DNA of 64,000 nt from positions 28,687-92,686 of the forward strand of contig JACONL010000001.1 of NCBI GenBank assembly GCA_014332745.1. Reading direction: 5' to 3'. Below are positions 39,809 through 51,643 of the stretch, piece after piece. The stretch's first letter is position 1. Every line of letters begins with the position of its first letter. The notes under the pieces are model-generated. The model was not told the DNA's origin, did not search any database, and saw nothing but the letters and a program-made list of their open reading frames with translations. This DNA comes from Alphaproteobacteria bacterium GM7ARS4. Lineage in GTDB: Bacteria > Pseudomonadota > Alphaproteobacteria > GM7ARS4. The position numbers were made by a program, and so were the translations under genes.

Positions 39809-41824
39809 TTACGGCGCAAAAGAAAAAAGAGACCATTCCGCCCCAAGCCATAACAGGAAGGACAACACGCCCCCCACCATCACAAAGGCATAAATATACA
39901 AACGCCCGCTATGGCTCAACGCCACCCACCGCGCCATATGACGCACACGCACAGCGACACCATCAGGACCAAAGGCATCGATAATATCCCGCTCGACGGT
40001 CGTCATGCACTCGTAAGCCCATGCGCGCACGACACGCACAACAGCGACATCGTAGAGCTTATCCATCCCCCACCCCTGAGTCAACAGGCTATGACACCAA
40101 GACGCCACAGGCATGCGCTGTAAAAACGCCATGAAACGGGGAAGAAAGCCATAAAACAGAACGGCAAGAGACATCATGGCGATGCTCAACACCACAGGCA
40201 TCATAAGCCATGCGTGAGGCGCTTGCTCTGCACGCTGTCCTATCTGCTCGTGATTGTCAAAGAGCGCCCCTCGCCAAAAAACAGACGCCTGCTCACCAAC
40301 GAACCACGCCTTACCAACTGCCCCAAGAATGAGCGCAAACAGCGCTAACACCGCCATCGGGACAAGCATGACAGGATGGGCGTCATGAGGCGGGGACATC
40401 CCCGAGTCGCCCACCTTTGTCGACGCATGAGGGCTATGAAACGTCATCATCATCATGCGTGTCGCATAAAATGCCGTCAGCATGGCAGCACAAAGGCAAC
40501 AGAGAAACGCCATCTCGGCAATGTCGCCATGCCCTCCCCACCCTATCTCGATAATATATTCCTTCGAATAAAAACCCGACAAGAAAGGAATTCCCGTGAG
40601 CGCGCAACAGCCTATCCACATCATAACGCATGTCAGGGGCATCTCTCCCCCCAAATGTCCCATCTTCCGCATGTCTTGCTCGTGGCGCATATGGTGAATG
40701 ACAGAGCCCGCCCCCAAGAACAGCAGTGCCTTGAAGAACGCATGGGTGATCAGGTGAAACATGGCCGCCCCCCATGCCGTCAATCCCAATGCCACGACCA
40801 TATATCCCAACTGAGAGCATGTGGACCATGCGATGACGCGTTTCATATCATATTGCGTCACCGCCGCGGCAGACGCAAGGAGCGCCGTGACACTCCCAAC
40901 AACGACCATCACATCCAACACAAGAGGCGACTGGACAAAAACAGGGGAAAGACGCGCCACCATGAAAATCCCCGCTGTCACCATCGTCGCCGCATGGATA
41001 AGAGCAGAAACAGGCGTAGGCCCCTCCATCGCATCAGCGAGCCACACATGGAGACCCCATTGCGCCGATTTCGCCATCGCGCCAATAAACAACAATAAAG
41101 CGCCTATGGTGAGGGGGTCAATCCCATAGCCTTGCCACACAAACAACGTGTCACTGTCGCCCGTCGATAGAGAGGACAACGCATCGATATCCACGCTCCC
41201 ATAAGACACAGCAAACAACACAATCCCTAATAAAAAACTCCAATCACCAAGACGATTCACAACAAAGGCCTTAATAGCCGCCTGATTCGCCTTCTGACGA
41301 TGATAGTCATAGCCTATGAGAAGGTAAGAACATAAGCCGACACCCTCCCAACCAAAAAACAACTGAAGCATATTGTCTGCTGAGACCAACATCTGCATGG
41401 CGAAGGTGAATAACGCCATATAGGCAAAAAAGCGCAGTCTTGTCTTGTCCTCGTCCATATAACGAAGAGCATAAATATGTATCAACGTGGCGATGAATGA
41501 CACCATCGCCAACATCGCCACGGACAACCCATCGATACGCAGACGCCACAACACATCGAGGTCAGCCGAACGAAACCAACGCCATAAAGGCACATGGTGA
41601 ACGGCTGTACTGTCTTGGTGGAAAAGAATAAAGAGAAGAACACCAGCCACAGCCGAGAAGGCAAGCATCACACAGATGAACAGAGGCACAATGTCATGAC
41701 AGAATGACGCGCCCCGCCCGTTCTCTCTAAAGCGACACATCCCATAGGCGCACAAGGCGAGAAGAGACGCCACCATAGGCGCAAAAACCGTCACAAGAGC
41801 AAGGAACGCCCCATAATGTGCCAT
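39809..41824 (-). CDS. nuoL: NADH-quinone oxidoreductase subunit L
   Basis: 671 aa with a long C-terminal amphipathic helix region. Operon position. Confidence 0.9.
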   Translation of the reverse strand: MAHYGAFLALVTVFAPMVASLLALCAYGMCRFRENGRGASFCHDIVPLFICVMLAFSAVAGVLLFILFHQDSTAVHHVPLWRWFRSADLDVLWRLRIDGLSVAMLAMVSFIATLIHIYALRYMDEDKTRLRFFAYMALFTFAMQMLVSADNMLQLFFGWEGVGLCSYLLIGYDYHRQKANQAAIKAFVVNRLGDWSFLLGIVLFAVSYGSVDIDALSSLSTGDSDTLFVWQGYGIDPLTIGALLLFIGAMAKSAQWGLHVWLADAMEGPTPVSALIHAATMVTAGIFMVARLSPVFVQSPLVLDVMVVVGSVTALLASAAAVTQYDMKRVIAWSTCSQLGYMVVALGLTAWGAAMFHLITHAFFKALLFLGAGSVIHHMRHEQDMRKMGHLGGEMPLTCVMMWIGCCALTGIPFLSGFYSKEYIIEIGWGGHGDIAEMAFLCCLCAAMLTAFYATRMMMMTFHSPHASTKVGDSGMSPPHDAHPVMLVPMAVLALFALILGAVGKAWFVGEQASVFWRGALFDNHEQIGQRAEQAPHAWLMMPVVLSIAMMSLAVLFYGFLPRFMAFLQRMPVASWCHSLLTQGWGMDKLYDVAVVRVVRAWAYECMTTVERDIIDAFGPDGVAVRVRHMARWVALSHSGRLYIYAFVMVGGVLSFLLWLGAEWSLFSFAP

Positions 41825-41851
41825 GATTATCCTCCTCTCATGAGTCGTCTC

Positions 41852-42277
41852 TCATGCGCCTTCTCTGGCGCCTTCTCTGGCGCCTTCTCTGGCGCCTTCT
41901 CTGGCGCCTTCTCTGGCGCCTTCTCTGGTGTCAGCGCCAATGGTCGTCTCGTCATCCTTGACATGGTCCATAGCATCCACATCGACATAACGTGGATTTA
42001 AACGAAAAAGAGCGACAACGAGCGCTAAACCAATGGCCGCTTCCGCCGCCGCAACCGTCAAAATGAAAATCCCCGCCACATGCCCAAAAATGTCGGCCCT
42101 GTTGTAAGAAAAGACAGCAAAATTCATGATGACCGCCAACATAGAGAGCTCCAGACACAACAGCATGAAAATGACTTGACGGCGATTCACAACAATCCCC
42201 CACACGCCAATAATAAACAGCATGGTGGACACAATAAGGTAATGCTCTGTCCCAATAACATAAGGATACATTGTCAC
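41852..42277 (-). CDS. nuoK: NADH-quinone oxidoreductase subunit K with ~40 aa C-terminal extension containing (REGA)x6
   Basis: Conserved NuoK 3-TM core (…GHVAGIFILTVAAAEAAIGLALVV…). The tail is encoded by a 12-nt tandem repeat. Confidence 0.85.
   Translation of the reverse strand: MTMYPYVIGTEHYLIVSTMLFIIGVWGIVVNRRQVIFMLLCLELSMLAVIMNFAVFSYNRADIFGHVAGIFILTVAAAEAAIGLALVVALFRLNPRYVDVDAMDHVKDDETTIGADTREGAREGAREGAREGAREGAREGA
41856..41929. repeat. 12-nt tandem repeat (gcgccttctctg)x6 in nuoK 3' end
   Basis: Direct inspection. Encodes (REGA)x6 on the minus strand. Confidence 0.85.
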
Positions 42278-42948
42278 GTCGCCCCTGAACCCGTCTTCAC
42301 ATGGACAAGGCGCACTTTACGCGCCTCTGACGCTTGTGCCACAAGGTCTTGCCTCTTGATATGCTGGGCTTGGCGCTCACGCCCCGTCTGACTCTCCCCA
42401 TGACTCCCCCCCCGAGTCCCCCCATGAGTCCCCCCTTGAGTCCCCCCCTGAGTCCATGTGAGGAGAATAGCGCCCACCATAGCAATAAGCAAAATAAGCC
42501 CCGCCAGCTGAAACAGAGGCATATAGGTCGTGTAGAGAATCAACCCTAGGGATTCGGTATTGGTCGTCTCAACGAGAGGCGCGGTGAAGGCATGGCGTTC
42601 GCCTTGGGACGCGCTCACAGCAGCAAACAACACCAACGTCACAAGCAACACCACCGCTAACACCACCGCTAACGGCATAAAGGCATAACGTCGCCGATGC
42701 TGTGTCTCAGCACCCGCCCCGACAACCATCACCATAAAGAGAAAGAGAACAGCGATCGCCCCCACATAGACAATGACGAGAAGAACGGCAAGAAACTCGG
42801 CGCGCAACAAAATAAAAAGGCCCGCCACGTTGAAAAAAACCATGATGAGCGATAACACGCTGATAACAGGCTGGCGCGCAAGGACAACCACCACCGACGA
42901 CACAATGGCAACACACGCCATGACATGAAAAAAGAGGCTCTCCACCAT
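42274..42948 (-). CDS. nuoJ: NADH-quinone oxidoreductase subunit J with Gly/Thr-rich repeat tail
   Basis: NuoJ TM core with a C-terminal GGTQGGTHGGTRGG repeat region. Confidence 0.85.
   Translation of the reverse strand: MVESLFFHVMACVAIVSSVVVVLARQPVISVLSLIMVFFNVAGLFILLRAEFLAVLLVIVYVGAIAVLFLFMVMVVGAGAETQHRRRYAFMPLAVVLAVVLLVTLVLFAAVSASQGERHAFTAPLVETTNTESLGLILYTTYMPLFQLAGLILLIAMVGAILLTWTQGGTQGGTHGGTRGGSHGESQTGRERQAQHIKRQDLVAQASEARKVRLVHVKTGSGAT
42389..42455. repeat. ~12-nt tandem repeat (tgagtccccccc-like)x5-6 in nuoJ 3' end
   Basis: Direct inspection. Confidence 0.8.
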
Positions 42949-42959
42949 GCTCCTTGCCC

Positions 42960-43538
42960 CTAGCGATAACGCGCCTCATGGGCAAGACGCCTAGCAATCT
43001 GGCTCTCCCACCTATCGCCATTGGCTAAAAGACGCGCCTTGTCGTAAATAAGCTCCTCCCGTGTCTCCACCGCATACTCAAAATTAGGCCCCTCCACAAT
43101 CGCATCCACAGGACATGACTCCTCACATAACCCACAATAAATACACTTCGTCATATCAATATCGTAGCGTGTCGTCCGCCTCGAGCCATCCTCATGCTCA
43201 CATGCCTCTATGGTGATGGCTTGTGCTGGACACACCGCCTCACAGAGCTTACAGGCAATGCAACGTTCCTCCCCCGACGGATAGCGACGCAAGGCATGCT
43301 CCCCGCGAAAACGAGGCGATAGCGCCCCCTTCTCATAGGGATAGTTCAACGTCACCTTAGGACGCACCATATAACGCAACGTCAACGCCATCCCCTTGAG
43401 CATATCCAATAAGAAAAAGGCATAGAGCCTATACCACAGAGAACGCCACATGACAAAAACCTCTATAACACGCCAAACGTCACCAAAGACGCCACAACGA
43501 CAAGCCACAATAACGACAAGGGAAGAAACACCTGCCAC
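42960..43538 (-). CDS. nuoI: NADH-quinone oxidoreductase subunit I (2x[4Fe-4S])
   Basis: [12 protein letters not shown] and [12 protein letters not shown] ferredoxin motifs. Confidence 0.9.
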   Translation of the reverse strand: MAGVSSLVVIVACRCGVFGDVWRVIEVFVMWRSLWYRLYAFFLLDMLKGMALTLRYMVRPKVTLNYPYEKGALSPRFRGEHALRRYPSGEERCIACKLCEAVCPAQAITIEACEHEDGSRRTTRYDIDMTKCIYCGLCEESCPVDAIVEGPNFEYAVETREELIYDKARLLANGDRWESQIARRLAHEARYR

Positions 43539-44446
43539 CCTAAACGCATCAGCTGGTCATAACGATAACGGGGAAAACTCGCACGCACCCACAAAAAAAT
43601 AAACAACAGAAAGACAAGCTTGAGGATAAACCACACAGGACCGGGAATAAACGACAACATATCATGGGCGAAAGGAGGATACCAACCACCTAAAAAAAGG
43701 AGTGTCGTCATGGCAGACATCAGCATCATATTGGCATATTCACCCATGAAAAAGAGCCCAAACCCCATGCCACTATATTCCACATGGTAGCCCGACACCA
43801 ACTCGGCTTCCGCCTCTGGTAAATCAAAAGGCGCTCGATTCGTCTCAGCCAAGACAGAAATGAAAAAAACAATCATCATCGGAAAAAGAGGCACAGCAAA
43901 CCACATCTCCCTCTGCGCCTCGACAATGTCCGACAAATTGAGACTCCTGCCAAGCAATAACACGCTCACGAGCACAAAACCGATGGCGACTTCATAGGAA
44001 ATCATCTGCGCCGCTGAACGCAACGCCCCTAAGAGAGCATAACGCGACCCACTGGCCCAACCCGCCACCATGACACCATAAACACCCAATGAAGACACCG
44101 CTAAAACATACAAAACCCCCACATTGATGTCAGCAAGAACAACGCCATTCCCCACAGGAATGACAGCCCACGCCAACAAAGCAAGACCAAAGGTGAGAAT
44201 GGGCGCAAGAAGAAATAACCCCTTGTGAGCCCCCGTAGGAATGATCGTCTCCTTCGTAAACATCTTAATGCCATCGGCAAGGGGTTGCAACAACCCAAAA
44301 GGACCGACAACATTGGGCCCTTTACGCAATTGCATCGCCCCTAGGACTTTCCGTTCATACCATGTGAGCAACGCCACAGACAATAACAGGACAACCACAG
44401 CCCCAAGAGCAAAGGCAACGACCAGCGCCAATTCAAGAAACAACGC
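43463..44446 (-). CDS. nuoH: NADH-quinone oxidoreductase subunit H
   Basis: Conserved start MALFLELAL… at 44446 and a [16 protein letters not shown] motif. The longer listed ORF is an upstream artefact overlapping nuoG. Confidence 0.9.
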   Translation of the reverse strand, partial: ALFLELALVVAFALGAVVVLLLSVALLTWYERKVLGAMQLRKGPNVVGPFGLLQPLADGIKMFTKETIIPTGAHKGLFLLAPILTFGLALLAWAVIPVGNGVVLADINVGVLYVLAVSSLGVYGVMVAGWASGSRYALLGALRSAAQMISYEVAIGFVLVSVLLLGRSLNLSDIVEAQREMWFAVPLFPMMIVFFISVLAETNRAPFDLPEAEAELVSGYHVEYSGMGFGLFFMGEYANMMLMSAMTTLLFLGGWYPPFAHDMLSFIPGPVWFILKLVFLLFIFLWVRASFPRYRYDQLMRLGWQVFLPLSLLWLVVVASLVTFGVL

Positions 44447-46568
44447 CATTGTCTCCCTCTCCTTGACGCCCGTCTTTATATCCCCCCAATTGGTCGATAC
44501 ACTGCCCCATCGTCGATGAGGCGCGGGCGATGATATTCGTATGGTAGTAATTCTCGATAGGCGTATCGAATGGCACATCCTCGTCCATAGGCTTGAGAAC
44601 TGGCGCGCTCGTTCCCGTTCCCGTTCCCGCGCCATCGCCATGCCCATGCTGAGGCGTCTGCCCTCTCTCCCTATAGATACGCCCGACTCTCTCGGCAAAG
44701 GCGGGATGGTGCGCGGCGATGGCGTTGCGTAAAGACGCCTTATCGTCATAGCGGTGAGGCAGTGACAGCTGACTCGCAAGGGCTGTGATGGTCTCCCACT
44801 CTTCACAGGCATCGCCCAGAGGCATCACCGCTGGCGAGGTGCGTTGCAGGCGTCCCTCCATATTCATATACCATGCGTCCTTCTCACTATAGGCTGGCGC
44901 TGGCAAAATGACATCGGCATGCTGCGCGCCACGCTCGCCATGATGTCCCTGATAGACAACGAAAGGCTTCTCTAATGCTTGGGGACGTATATCATCGACA
45001 CCCAAGAGCCACAGCATATCCACAGCGCCACGGGTTGCCTTGTCTTCGATGACGGCCCGCGACCATCCGCCTTGTGACGGCATAAAGCCCAAATCCATCC
45101 CTCCCACAGACGACGCCCATAAGGGAAGAACATTGACGCCATCCCACCCGTCCCTCACCGCAGATACCGCATGGGCAAGCGCCATGACATGCGCCCATAT
45201 CGCCTCGCTGTCTGGACGCATCAACGCCCCCATACCCACAATGAGCATGGGACGAGAACATGCCTTGAGCGCTTGGCGAACAGGGTGGCGTTCATCTTCC
45301 ACCATCGAACGTAACGCTGTCGGACCATCGCCCACATGGGTGCGCGGCCAACGCCCCTCCCGCACCATGCCAAGAGACCATCCCTCAAACCCGCCACGCA
45401 ACCAACGCTGACGCAAACGCGCCTCGATGAGAGTCGCCTCAAAACGCGGATATGCGCCAATCAATAAACACCCATCAGCATCGTCAATGCCCGCAATAGT
45501 CGTATTAAACACGTAATCGCGACGCCCCTGAGGTGAAGGCACAAAAGGCGGACGACAATCCCTATGGGGACATCCCACATCATCCAAGAAACGCTTCAAG
45601 GCAAATAAAGACTCGCAACATGCTAAATCGCCCGCCAAAGTCGCCATGCGCGACGGCTTTGTCTTCTTCACCTTGTCCGCCACCGCCTGCAAGGCCGTCT
45701 CCCTCTGGACAACGCGTAAGACACCCTTGCCATCACGCACCCAATGCCTATCCAATCTCTGATTCCTGAGCCCATCATAAGAAAAACGCACCTTGTCGGA
45801 AATCCATTCCTCGTTGATCGCCGAACATGGGCGCGGAAGAACGCGCATGACTTCTTGTCCCCTCGAATCCAAACGAATATGACTGCCCACAGCATCCATC
45901 ACATCGATACTCTCTGTCTTCTTTAACTCCCACGAACGCGCCCGAAAGGCATAGGGTTTTGATGTCAATGCCCCCACGGGACATAAATCGATCATGTTGC
46001 CCGACAATTCAGACGTCAGCGCCAGACGCACATATGTGCCAATTTCCGCATTCTCACCCCGCCCCAACGTGCCTAAATCCTCGACGCCCGCGATATCTGT
46101 GGCAAAACGCACACAACGGGTGCAATGAATACAGCGCGTCATAGAACTCTTGATGAGAGGACCAAAAGACTTCTCAGGCACAGCACGTTTATGCTCAGGG
46201 AAACGGCTATGAAAACGCCCATACATCATCGCTTGGTCTTGAAGGTCACACTCGCCACCCTGGTCACAAATGGGACAATCTAAAGGGTGATTAATCAACA
46301 AGAACTCCATGACGCCATGGCGGGCTTTCTTCACGACATCACTCTCCGTGAGAATGTCCATGCCGTCCGACACTGGCATGGCACATGACGCCACAGGTTT
46401 TGGCACATCACCCAACTGGACAAGGCACATACGACAATTGCCAGCAATGGCAAGGCGCTCATGATAGCAAAAATGGGGAATCTCTATGCCCTGTTGCTGG
46501 CATGCTTGAAAAATGGTGATGCCATCCTCCACCTGATATTGCCGTCTATTGATTAAGATACGCGCCAT
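44433..46568 (-). CDS. nuoG: NADH-quinone oxidoreductase subunit G
   Basis: N-terminal 2Fe-2S and 4Fe-4S Cys clusters ([15 protein letters not shown]…, [10 protein letters not shown]). 711 aa. Confidence 0.9.
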   Translation of the reverse strand: MARILINRRQYQVEDGITIFQACQQQGIEIPHFCYHERLAIAGNCRMCLVQLGDVPKPVASCAMPVSDGMDILTESDVVKKARHGVMEFLLINHPLDCPICDQGGECDLQDQAMMYGRFHSRFPEHKRAVPEKSFGPLIKSSMTRCIHCTRCVRFATDIAGVEDLGTLGRGENAEIGTYVRLALTSELSGNMIDLCPVGALTSKPYAFRARSWELKKTESIDVMDAVGSHIRLDSRGQEVMRVLPRPCSAINEEWISDKVRFSYDGLRNQRLDRHWVRDGKGVLRVVQRETALQAVADKVKKTKPSRMATLAGDLACCESLFALKRFLDDVGCPHRDCRPPFVPSPQGRRDYVFNTTIAGIDDADGCLLIGAYPRFEATLIEARLRQRWLRGGFEGWSLGMVREGRWPRTHVGDGPTALRSMVEDERHPVRQALKACSRPMLIVGMGALMRPDSEAIWAHVMALAHAVSAVRDGWDGVNVLPLWASSVGGMDLGFMPSQGGWSRAVIEDKATRGAVDMLWLLGVDDIRPQALEKPFVVYQGHHGERGAQHADVILPAPAYSEKDAWYMNMEGRLQRTSPAVMPLGDACEEWETITALASQLSLPHRYDDKASLRNAIAAHHPAFAERVGRIYRERGQTPQHGHGDGAGTGTGTSAPVLKPMDEDVPFDTPIENYYHTNIIARASSTMGQCIDQLGGYKDGRQGEGDNGVVS

Positions 46569-46604
46569 GTGTCCTATCCTCTTATCCTGCTCGTACGATG
46601 GAGA

Positions 46605-47903
46605 TCATGCTGAGTGTTTTGCAAGAGAGGCTTTTTCCCTATGCGCCTTCTTCAGACGTTGCTCAATCATAGGACGAAAATGGCGTAGCAACCCCTGAAT
46701 AGGCCACGCCGCCGCCTCACCAAAAGCGCATATGGTGTGGCCTTCCACTTGATGAGTCACAGACTCCAATAAGTCCACATCGGCAAGGGACGCTTCGCCC
46801 GTCACCAAACGCCCCATCGTGCGCATCATCCATCCCGTCCCCTCACGACATGGCGTGCATTGCCCGCATGACTCATTCTTGTAAAAGATAGAGAGCTGGG
46901 CGATGGCGTCGACAATGTCGGTGCTCTTGTCCATGACGATGACGGCAGCAGTCCCTAAACCAGAATGATGCTCCTTGAGCGAATCGAAATCCATACGCAC
47001 ATCGGCACATATGTCGGCTGGCAACAACGGCACGGACGCACCGCCCGGTATCACCGCAAGCAAATTATCCCATCCTCCACGAACACCGCCGGCATAATGC
47101 TCTATCAATGTGCGTAAGGGAATACCCATCTCCTCCTCGAAAACACAAGGCTTCTCCACATGGCCACTGAGACAAAAGATTTTTGTCCCCGTATTGTTCT
47201 TACGGCCAAGGGAAGCAAACCAAGACGCCCCACGCCTGATAATCGCTGGCACAACAGCAATGGTCTCTACGTTATTGATTGTCGTGGGACAACCATATAA
47301 CCCTACCGCTGCTGGAAAAGGTGGCTTGAGACGCGGCATGCCACGCCTTCCTTCTAAACTCTCAAGAAGAGCTGTCTCCTCACCGCATATATAAGCCCCC
47401 GCCCCGCGATGAAGAACAATATCCAACGACTCACCTGTGCCACATGCATCCTTCCCTAAAAAACCTTGCCCGTAGCACTCGTCGATGGCCTCTTGGACGC
47501 GGCGGGCTTCCTCCACAAACTCCCCTCGAATGTAAATATAGACGACACGCGCCAAGAGCGCCCTTGCCGATAAGACACAGCCCTCGAGCAACGTGTGAGG
47601 CTCGTAGCGCATAATATCCCTATCCTTGCACGTCCCCGGCTCCCCTTCATCGGCATTGATAACAAGATAATGGGGACGAACGCCACGCTCCTTTGGCATA
47701 AACGACCATTTCATCCCTGTGGGAAAGCCCGCCCCGCCGCGCCCACGCAATCCCGATTCCTTGATACGCTCGATAAGCGCGTGAGGCGGTATCGCCATCA
47801 ACGAGGCAATATCCTTCCAAGCGCCACGCTGACGCGCCGCCGCTAAACGCCAATCACTTGCGCCATCGAGATTGGTGAAAATCCTATTGTCCTTTTTGAG
47901 CAT
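46605..47903 (-). CDS. nuoF: NADH-quinone oxidoreductase subunit F
   Basis: FMN/NADH-binding motifs ([10 protein letters not shown]) and a C-terminal 4Fe-4S cluster ([10 protein letters not shown]). Confidence 0.9.
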   Translation of the reverse strand: MLKKDNRIFTNLDGASDWRLAAARQRGAWKDIASLMAIPPHALIERIKESGLRGRGGAGFPTGMKWSFMPKERGVRPHYLVINADEGEPGTCKDRDIMRYEPHTLLEGCVLSARALLARVVYIYIRGEFVEEARRVQEAIDECYGQGFLGKDACGTGESLDIVLHRGAGAYICGEETALLESLEGRRGMPRLKPPFPAAVGLYGCPTTINNVETIAVVPAIIRRGASWFASLGRKNNTGTKIFCLSGHVEKPCVFEEEMGIPLRTLIEHYAGGVRGGWDNLLAVIPGGASVPLLPADICADVRMDFDSLKEHHSGLGTAAVIVMDKSTDIVDAIAQLSIFYKNESCGQCTPCREGTGWMMRTMGRLVTGEASLADVDLLESVTHQVEGHTICAFGEAAAWPIQGLLRHFRPMIEQRLKKAHREKASLAKHSA

Positions 47904-48453
47904 CGTCCTCACCCTTGTTCAGCGACGCCACAAGACGCGCCATCGCCTCTTCATCCATCTTCGCCTTATACGCCCCATCAATCGTCACAACAGGCGCATC
48001 AACGCATGCCCCTAAACACTCCTGCTCTAACAGATAGATCGTGCCATCTTGACTGAGCCCTTGATGTCCCTTGACACAGAGCATAGCGCGGCACGCTTCC
48101 ATCAGCTGTCGACTGCCACCCAACCAACAGGGAAGAGACATGCACACGCCAAGACAATGCTTCGGCATGGGAGAGAGATGAAACATGGTATGGAAACTCG
48201 CCACTTCATAAACCCGTATGGGCGCAAGCCCAAGAACATGCGCAACCCTCTCCATCGCCAATGGCGGAAGCCACCCGCCACTATGGTCTTGGGCATAATG
48301 TAAGAGGGGAAGAAGCATGCTCTGGGCGCCATGGGGCGGATAGTGCGGCATAAGAGCGTTCTTCTGCTCTTCTAACTGGGCGACATCCACAAGCACAGGG
48401 GTGTCAGACGCCACGGACTCTCGGCGCACATCTTGGCTGGCCTTTTTCTTCAT
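47884..48453 (-). CDS. nuoE: NADH-quinone oxidoreductase subunit E
   Basis: Thioredoxin-like 2Fe-2S subunit with Cys motifs (CLGVC…C…CLGAC). Confidence 0.85.
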   Translation of the reverse strand: MKKKASQDVRRESVASDTPVLVDVAQLEEQKNALMPHYPPHGAQSMLLPLLHYAQDHSGGWLPPLAMERVAHVLGLAPIRVYEVASFHTMFHLSPMPKHCLGVCMSLPCWLGGSRQLMEACRAMLCVKGHQGLSQDGTIYLLEQECLGACVDAPVVTIDGAYKAKMDEEAMARLVASLNKGEDDAQKGQ

Positions 48454-49628
48454 CGGTCGATCTCTCCAAACACGACATCAAGACTCCCTAGGATGGCGGA
48501 CACATCGGCAAGAAAATGCCCACGCGACATCTCGTCCAACGCCTGTAAAAAGGCAAAACTGGGCGCGCGGATTTTGCAACGATAAGGACGATTGCTCCCA
48601 TCGGCAATGAGATAGACGCCAAACTCTCCCTTCGGCGCTTCCACAGCGGCATAAATCTCACCCGCTGGCACATGGTAACCCTCGCTGTATAATTTAAAGT
48701 GATGGATGAGCGCTTCCATAGATTTTTTCATATCTTCCCGTCGCGGCGGCGCAATCTTGCCATCCTGTGTCATGACAGGACCAGACGGCATCTGTTGCAG
48801 GCATTGCTCGATAATGCGCACACTCTGATACATCTCCGCCACCCTCACCAAATAGCGGTCATAGCAATCACCTTTCTCACCCACAGGGATGTCGAAATCA
48901 ACCTTATCATAAACGTCATAAGGCTGTGACTTCCGCAAATCCCACACGACACCCGATGCGCGCAAACATGGCCCCGTAAACCCCCACTTGATGGCATCAT
49001 CAGCGCTCATGAGCCCAATATCAACACTCCGCTGACGAAAAATGCGATTGTCGTTCAGCAACCCCTCGAGGTCACGCAAGGCTTTAGGAAAACGCTTGAT
49101 GAAAAGCTCAATATCCCCTTGTAACCCCTCTGGCATATCACGGGCAACGCCACCGGGACGAAAATAAGCCGCATGCATCCTCGAACCTGAAACGCGCTCG
49201 TAAAACTCCATGAGGACTTCACGCTCCTCGAACATCCACAAAAAAGGCGTGATCGCGCCGATATCTAACGCATAGGTCGTGATATTCAACCCATGGTTCA
49301 ACAGACGCGTGATCTCACTGAATAAGACACGTATATACTGGGCGCGTAAAGGCACGTGAATGTCTAACAAGCGCTCTACAGCCAACGCCCATACATGCTC
49401 CTGACACATGGGCGACACATAGTCGAGACGGTCAAAATAAGGCAACGCCTGAAGATACGTCTTATGTTCAATGAGCTTCTCTGTCCCCCGATGCAACAAC
49501 CCAATATGGGGGTCGGCGCGCTCCACAACTTCCCCATCAAGCTGCAAGACCAAACGCAACACGCCATGAGCCGCCGGATGCTGGGGGCCAAAATTCAAAC
49601 AATAAGACGACTCACCCATCAAAATCAT
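48450..49628 (-). CDS. nuoD: NADH-quinone oxidoreductase subunit D
   Basis: 392 aa. N-terminus [16 protein letters not shown]. Confidence 0.9.
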   Translation of the reverse strand: MILMGESSYCLNFGPQHPAAHGVLRLVLQLDGEVVERADPHIGLLHRGTEKLIEHKTYLQALPYFDRLDYVSPMCQEHVWALAVERLLDIHVPLRAQYIRVLFSEITRLLNHGLNITTYALDIGAITPFLWMFEEREVLMEFYERVSGSRMHAAYFRPGGVARDMPEGLQGDIELFIKRFPKALRDLEGLLNDNRIFRQRSVDIGLMSADDAIKWGFTGPCLRASGVVWDLRKSQPYDVYDKVDFDIPVGEKGDCYDRYLVRVAEMYQSVRIIEQCLQQMPSGPVMTQDGKIAPPRREDMKKSMEALIHHFKLYSEGYHVPAGEIYAAVEAPKGEFGVYLIADGSNRPYRCKIRAPSFAFLQALDEMSRGHFLADVSAILGSLDVVFGEIDR

Positions 49629-50208
49629 CCTTATGTCGCCCTGCCTCGCCTTCCCACGGACTCAAAAAATCAAAGTCGCGATAGGCTTGAGGAAGACGCG
49701 TCGGTTCATACACCACCTTCTTTTGCTCCTCGTCATAACGCACCTCCACATATCCGCTCAAAGGAAAGTCTTTACGCAAAGGATGACCCTCAAAATCATA
49801 GTCGGTCAAGAGACGTCTCAAGTCAGCATGGGAAGAAAATAAAATGCCAAACATATCCCACGTCTCTCGTTCATACCAAGACGCACAAGGAAACACACCA
49901 CCAATGCTGGGGATCGTGCCATCTTCATCCACAGATACTTTAACCCGCACACGCACATTCTGTATCACGCTCAATAAGTGATAGACAACATCAAAACGCG
50001 GATTGCGCCCTGGATAATCCACACCACATATGTCAATGAGCTGCTCGAAACAACAGCTGGAATCATCACGCAAAAACGTCATGAAGACGGGAAGCTCCTC
50101 GTCAGCAACATGCAAGGTGAGCTCGCCACGATGGTGCTGCGCCTTCAACAAAATATGGGGAAAATTATCTTCCGCCCTCTGAATAATATCGTCAAAAACA
50201 GCTTTCAT
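49612..50208 (-). CDS. nuoC: NADH-quinone oxidoreductase subunit C
   Basis: 198 aa 30-kDa-subunit family. Separate from nuoD, as in alphaproteobacteria. Confidence 0.9.
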   Translation of the reverse strand: MKAVFDDIIQRAEDNFPHILLKAQHHRGELTLHVADEELPVFMTFLRDDSSCCFEQLIDICGVDYPGRNPRFDVVYHLLSVIQNVRVRVKVSVDEDGTIPSIGGVFPCASWYERETWDMFGILFSSHADLRRLLTDYDFEGHPLRKDFPLSGYVEVRYDEEQKKVVYEPTRLPQAYRDFDFLSPWEGEAGRHKDDFDG

Positions 50209-50220
50209 CGGTCGTATCGC

Positions 50221-50880
50221 CTACCCCGCCTTCGCCTGACGGCGTATCTTACGCTGAAGCACCATCAGCCCATACAGCAACGCTTCAGCCGTAGGCGGAC
50301 AGCCCGGCACATAGACATCCACCGGCACAATCCTATCACATCCCCTCACAACAGAATAAGCGTAATGGTAATACCCACCACCATTGGCACAACTGCCCAT
50401 AGAGAGAACCCAACGTGGCTCTGGCATCTGGTCGTAGACGCGCCGCAAGGCCGGCGCCATCTTGTTCGTCAACGTCCCCGCAACAATCATCACATCAGAT
50501 TGACGCGGCGAAGGACGAAACACAATGCCAAACCTATCATAATCATAGCGACTGGCCGCTGATTGCATCATCTCAACCGCACAGCATGCAAGACCAAACG
50601 TCATCGGCCAGAGAGAGCCCGTCCGCGCCCACGCAATAATCTCGTCCAATTGCGCCACAACAAAACCCTTGTCGGTGAGCTCCCGTGATGGAATCCGCCC
50701 GTCCTTCGCATGCGACGGCGCATGCGCCACAAGAGGAGGACGCCTCGACCACGTCCCCCGCCTCTCTCCCTGAGAGTCCTTATGAGACTCCCCATGAGAC
50801 AAAGAAGATAGTCGCCTCGTTTTAGCAAAAAACCCGTCCTTTGCTCCCCCGTCCTTTATTCCCCTGTCCTTTATTCCCAT
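50221..50880 (-). CDS. nuoB: NADH-quinone oxidoreductase subunit B
   Basis: [18 protein letters not shown] motif and C…CPP 4Fe-4S ligands. N-terminal region contains (GIKD/GAKD) repeats. Confidence 0.85.
   Translation of the reverse strand: MGIKDRGIKDGGAKDGFFAKTRRLSSLSHGESHKDSQGERRGTWSRRPPLVAHAPSHAKDGRIPSRELTDKGFVVAQLDEIIAWARTGSLWPMTFGLACCAVEMMQSAASRYDYDRFGIVFRPSPRQSDVMIVAGTLTNKMAPALRRVYDQMPEPRWVLSMGSCANGGGYYHYAYSVVRGCDRIVPVDVYVPGCPPTAEALLYGLMVLQRKIRRQAKAG
50833..50877. repeat. 15-nt tandem repeat (cccgtcctttattcc-like)x3 in nuoB 5' region
   Basis: Direct inspection. Encodes GIKDRG/GAKDGG repeats. Confidence 0.75.
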
Positions 50881-51236
50881 GTGAGCGCTCCCTTCTTCCA
50901 TTCATAAATGAATCCCACCGTCAACACAGCAAGAAACACCATCATCGAGACAAAACCAAACAACCCAATCTCCTCCAGGACAATCGCCCATGGAAAGAGA
51001 AAGGCTATCTCTAAATCAAAAATGATAAAGAGGATCGCCACAAGATAGAAACGCACGTTGAAAACACCCCGCGCATCATCAAAAGGCTCGAATCCGCATT
51101 CATAAGGCGCATTCTTGTCCTTGTCGGGCTTCTGCGCACCCACGACATACGTCCCCACCATGACAAAAACGGCAAGGGCAAACACAATGACCATGAGAAT
51201 AAAAACAGGGAGATAGTCGACAGCAATGGCGGGCAT
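50871..51236 (-). CDS. nuoA: NADH-quinone oxidoreductase subunit A
   Basis: 121 aa 3-TM subunit with a YECGFEPF motif. First gene of the operon. Confidence 0.85.
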   Translation of the reverse strand: MPAIAVDYLPVFILMVIVFALAVFVMVGTYVVGAQKPDKDKNAPYECGFEPFDDARGVFNVRFYLVAILFIIFDLEIAFLFPWAIVLEEIGLFGFVSMMVFLAVLTVGFIYEWKKGALTWE

Positions 51237-51469
51237 ATCACATCACCTTATCAAGACGAGAGAGTCGTCCTCTCTCCCCGCATAGAGAGAACAGATTTTG
51301 TATAACACATCTTGGCGTTCTTCACCCATAGATATTGAGACATACCACCCCACCATCAATATATGTGTCGAAAAACAGGCAAGAGAGCACATCTCCCCAT
51401 GCGCCATATGCTCCATGCGCTATTGTTCTTTTTCATGTCTTCCCTCCATCAGCTGTCCTCCCTTTTCTG

Positions 51470-51546
51470 TGGCGGGAGTGACGGGGCTCGAACCCGCGAC
51501 CTCTGGCGTGACAGGCCAGCGCTCTAACCAACTGAGCTACACCCCC
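51470..51546 (-). tRNA. tRNA-Asp (anticodon GTC)
   Basis: The reverse complement folds as a cloverleaf. The 7-bp acceptor stem GGGGGTG/CACTCCC contains one G-U pair. D arm TAGCTCAGTTGGTTAGAGC, anticodon stem-loop CTGGC-CTGTCAC-GCCAG (GUC), T arm GCGGGTTCGAGCCCCGT, 3' CCA encoded. Confidence 0.9.
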
Positions 51547-51643
51547 AACCATGCCCTCTCTCCTAGATAACAAACCCACAGCGATAATAGCAATAACTCT
51601 TTTCCGTCTCCCCTCGTCACGATGTTCATACGTCTGCCATGAC

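Noticed and set aside
43463-44812. 449-aa ORF suggesting NuoH has a 120-aa N-terminal extension
   Set aside because: The extension is read from the 3' end of nuoG in another frame. The conserved NuoH N-terminus MALFLELAL starts at 44446, which gives a normal-length protein.
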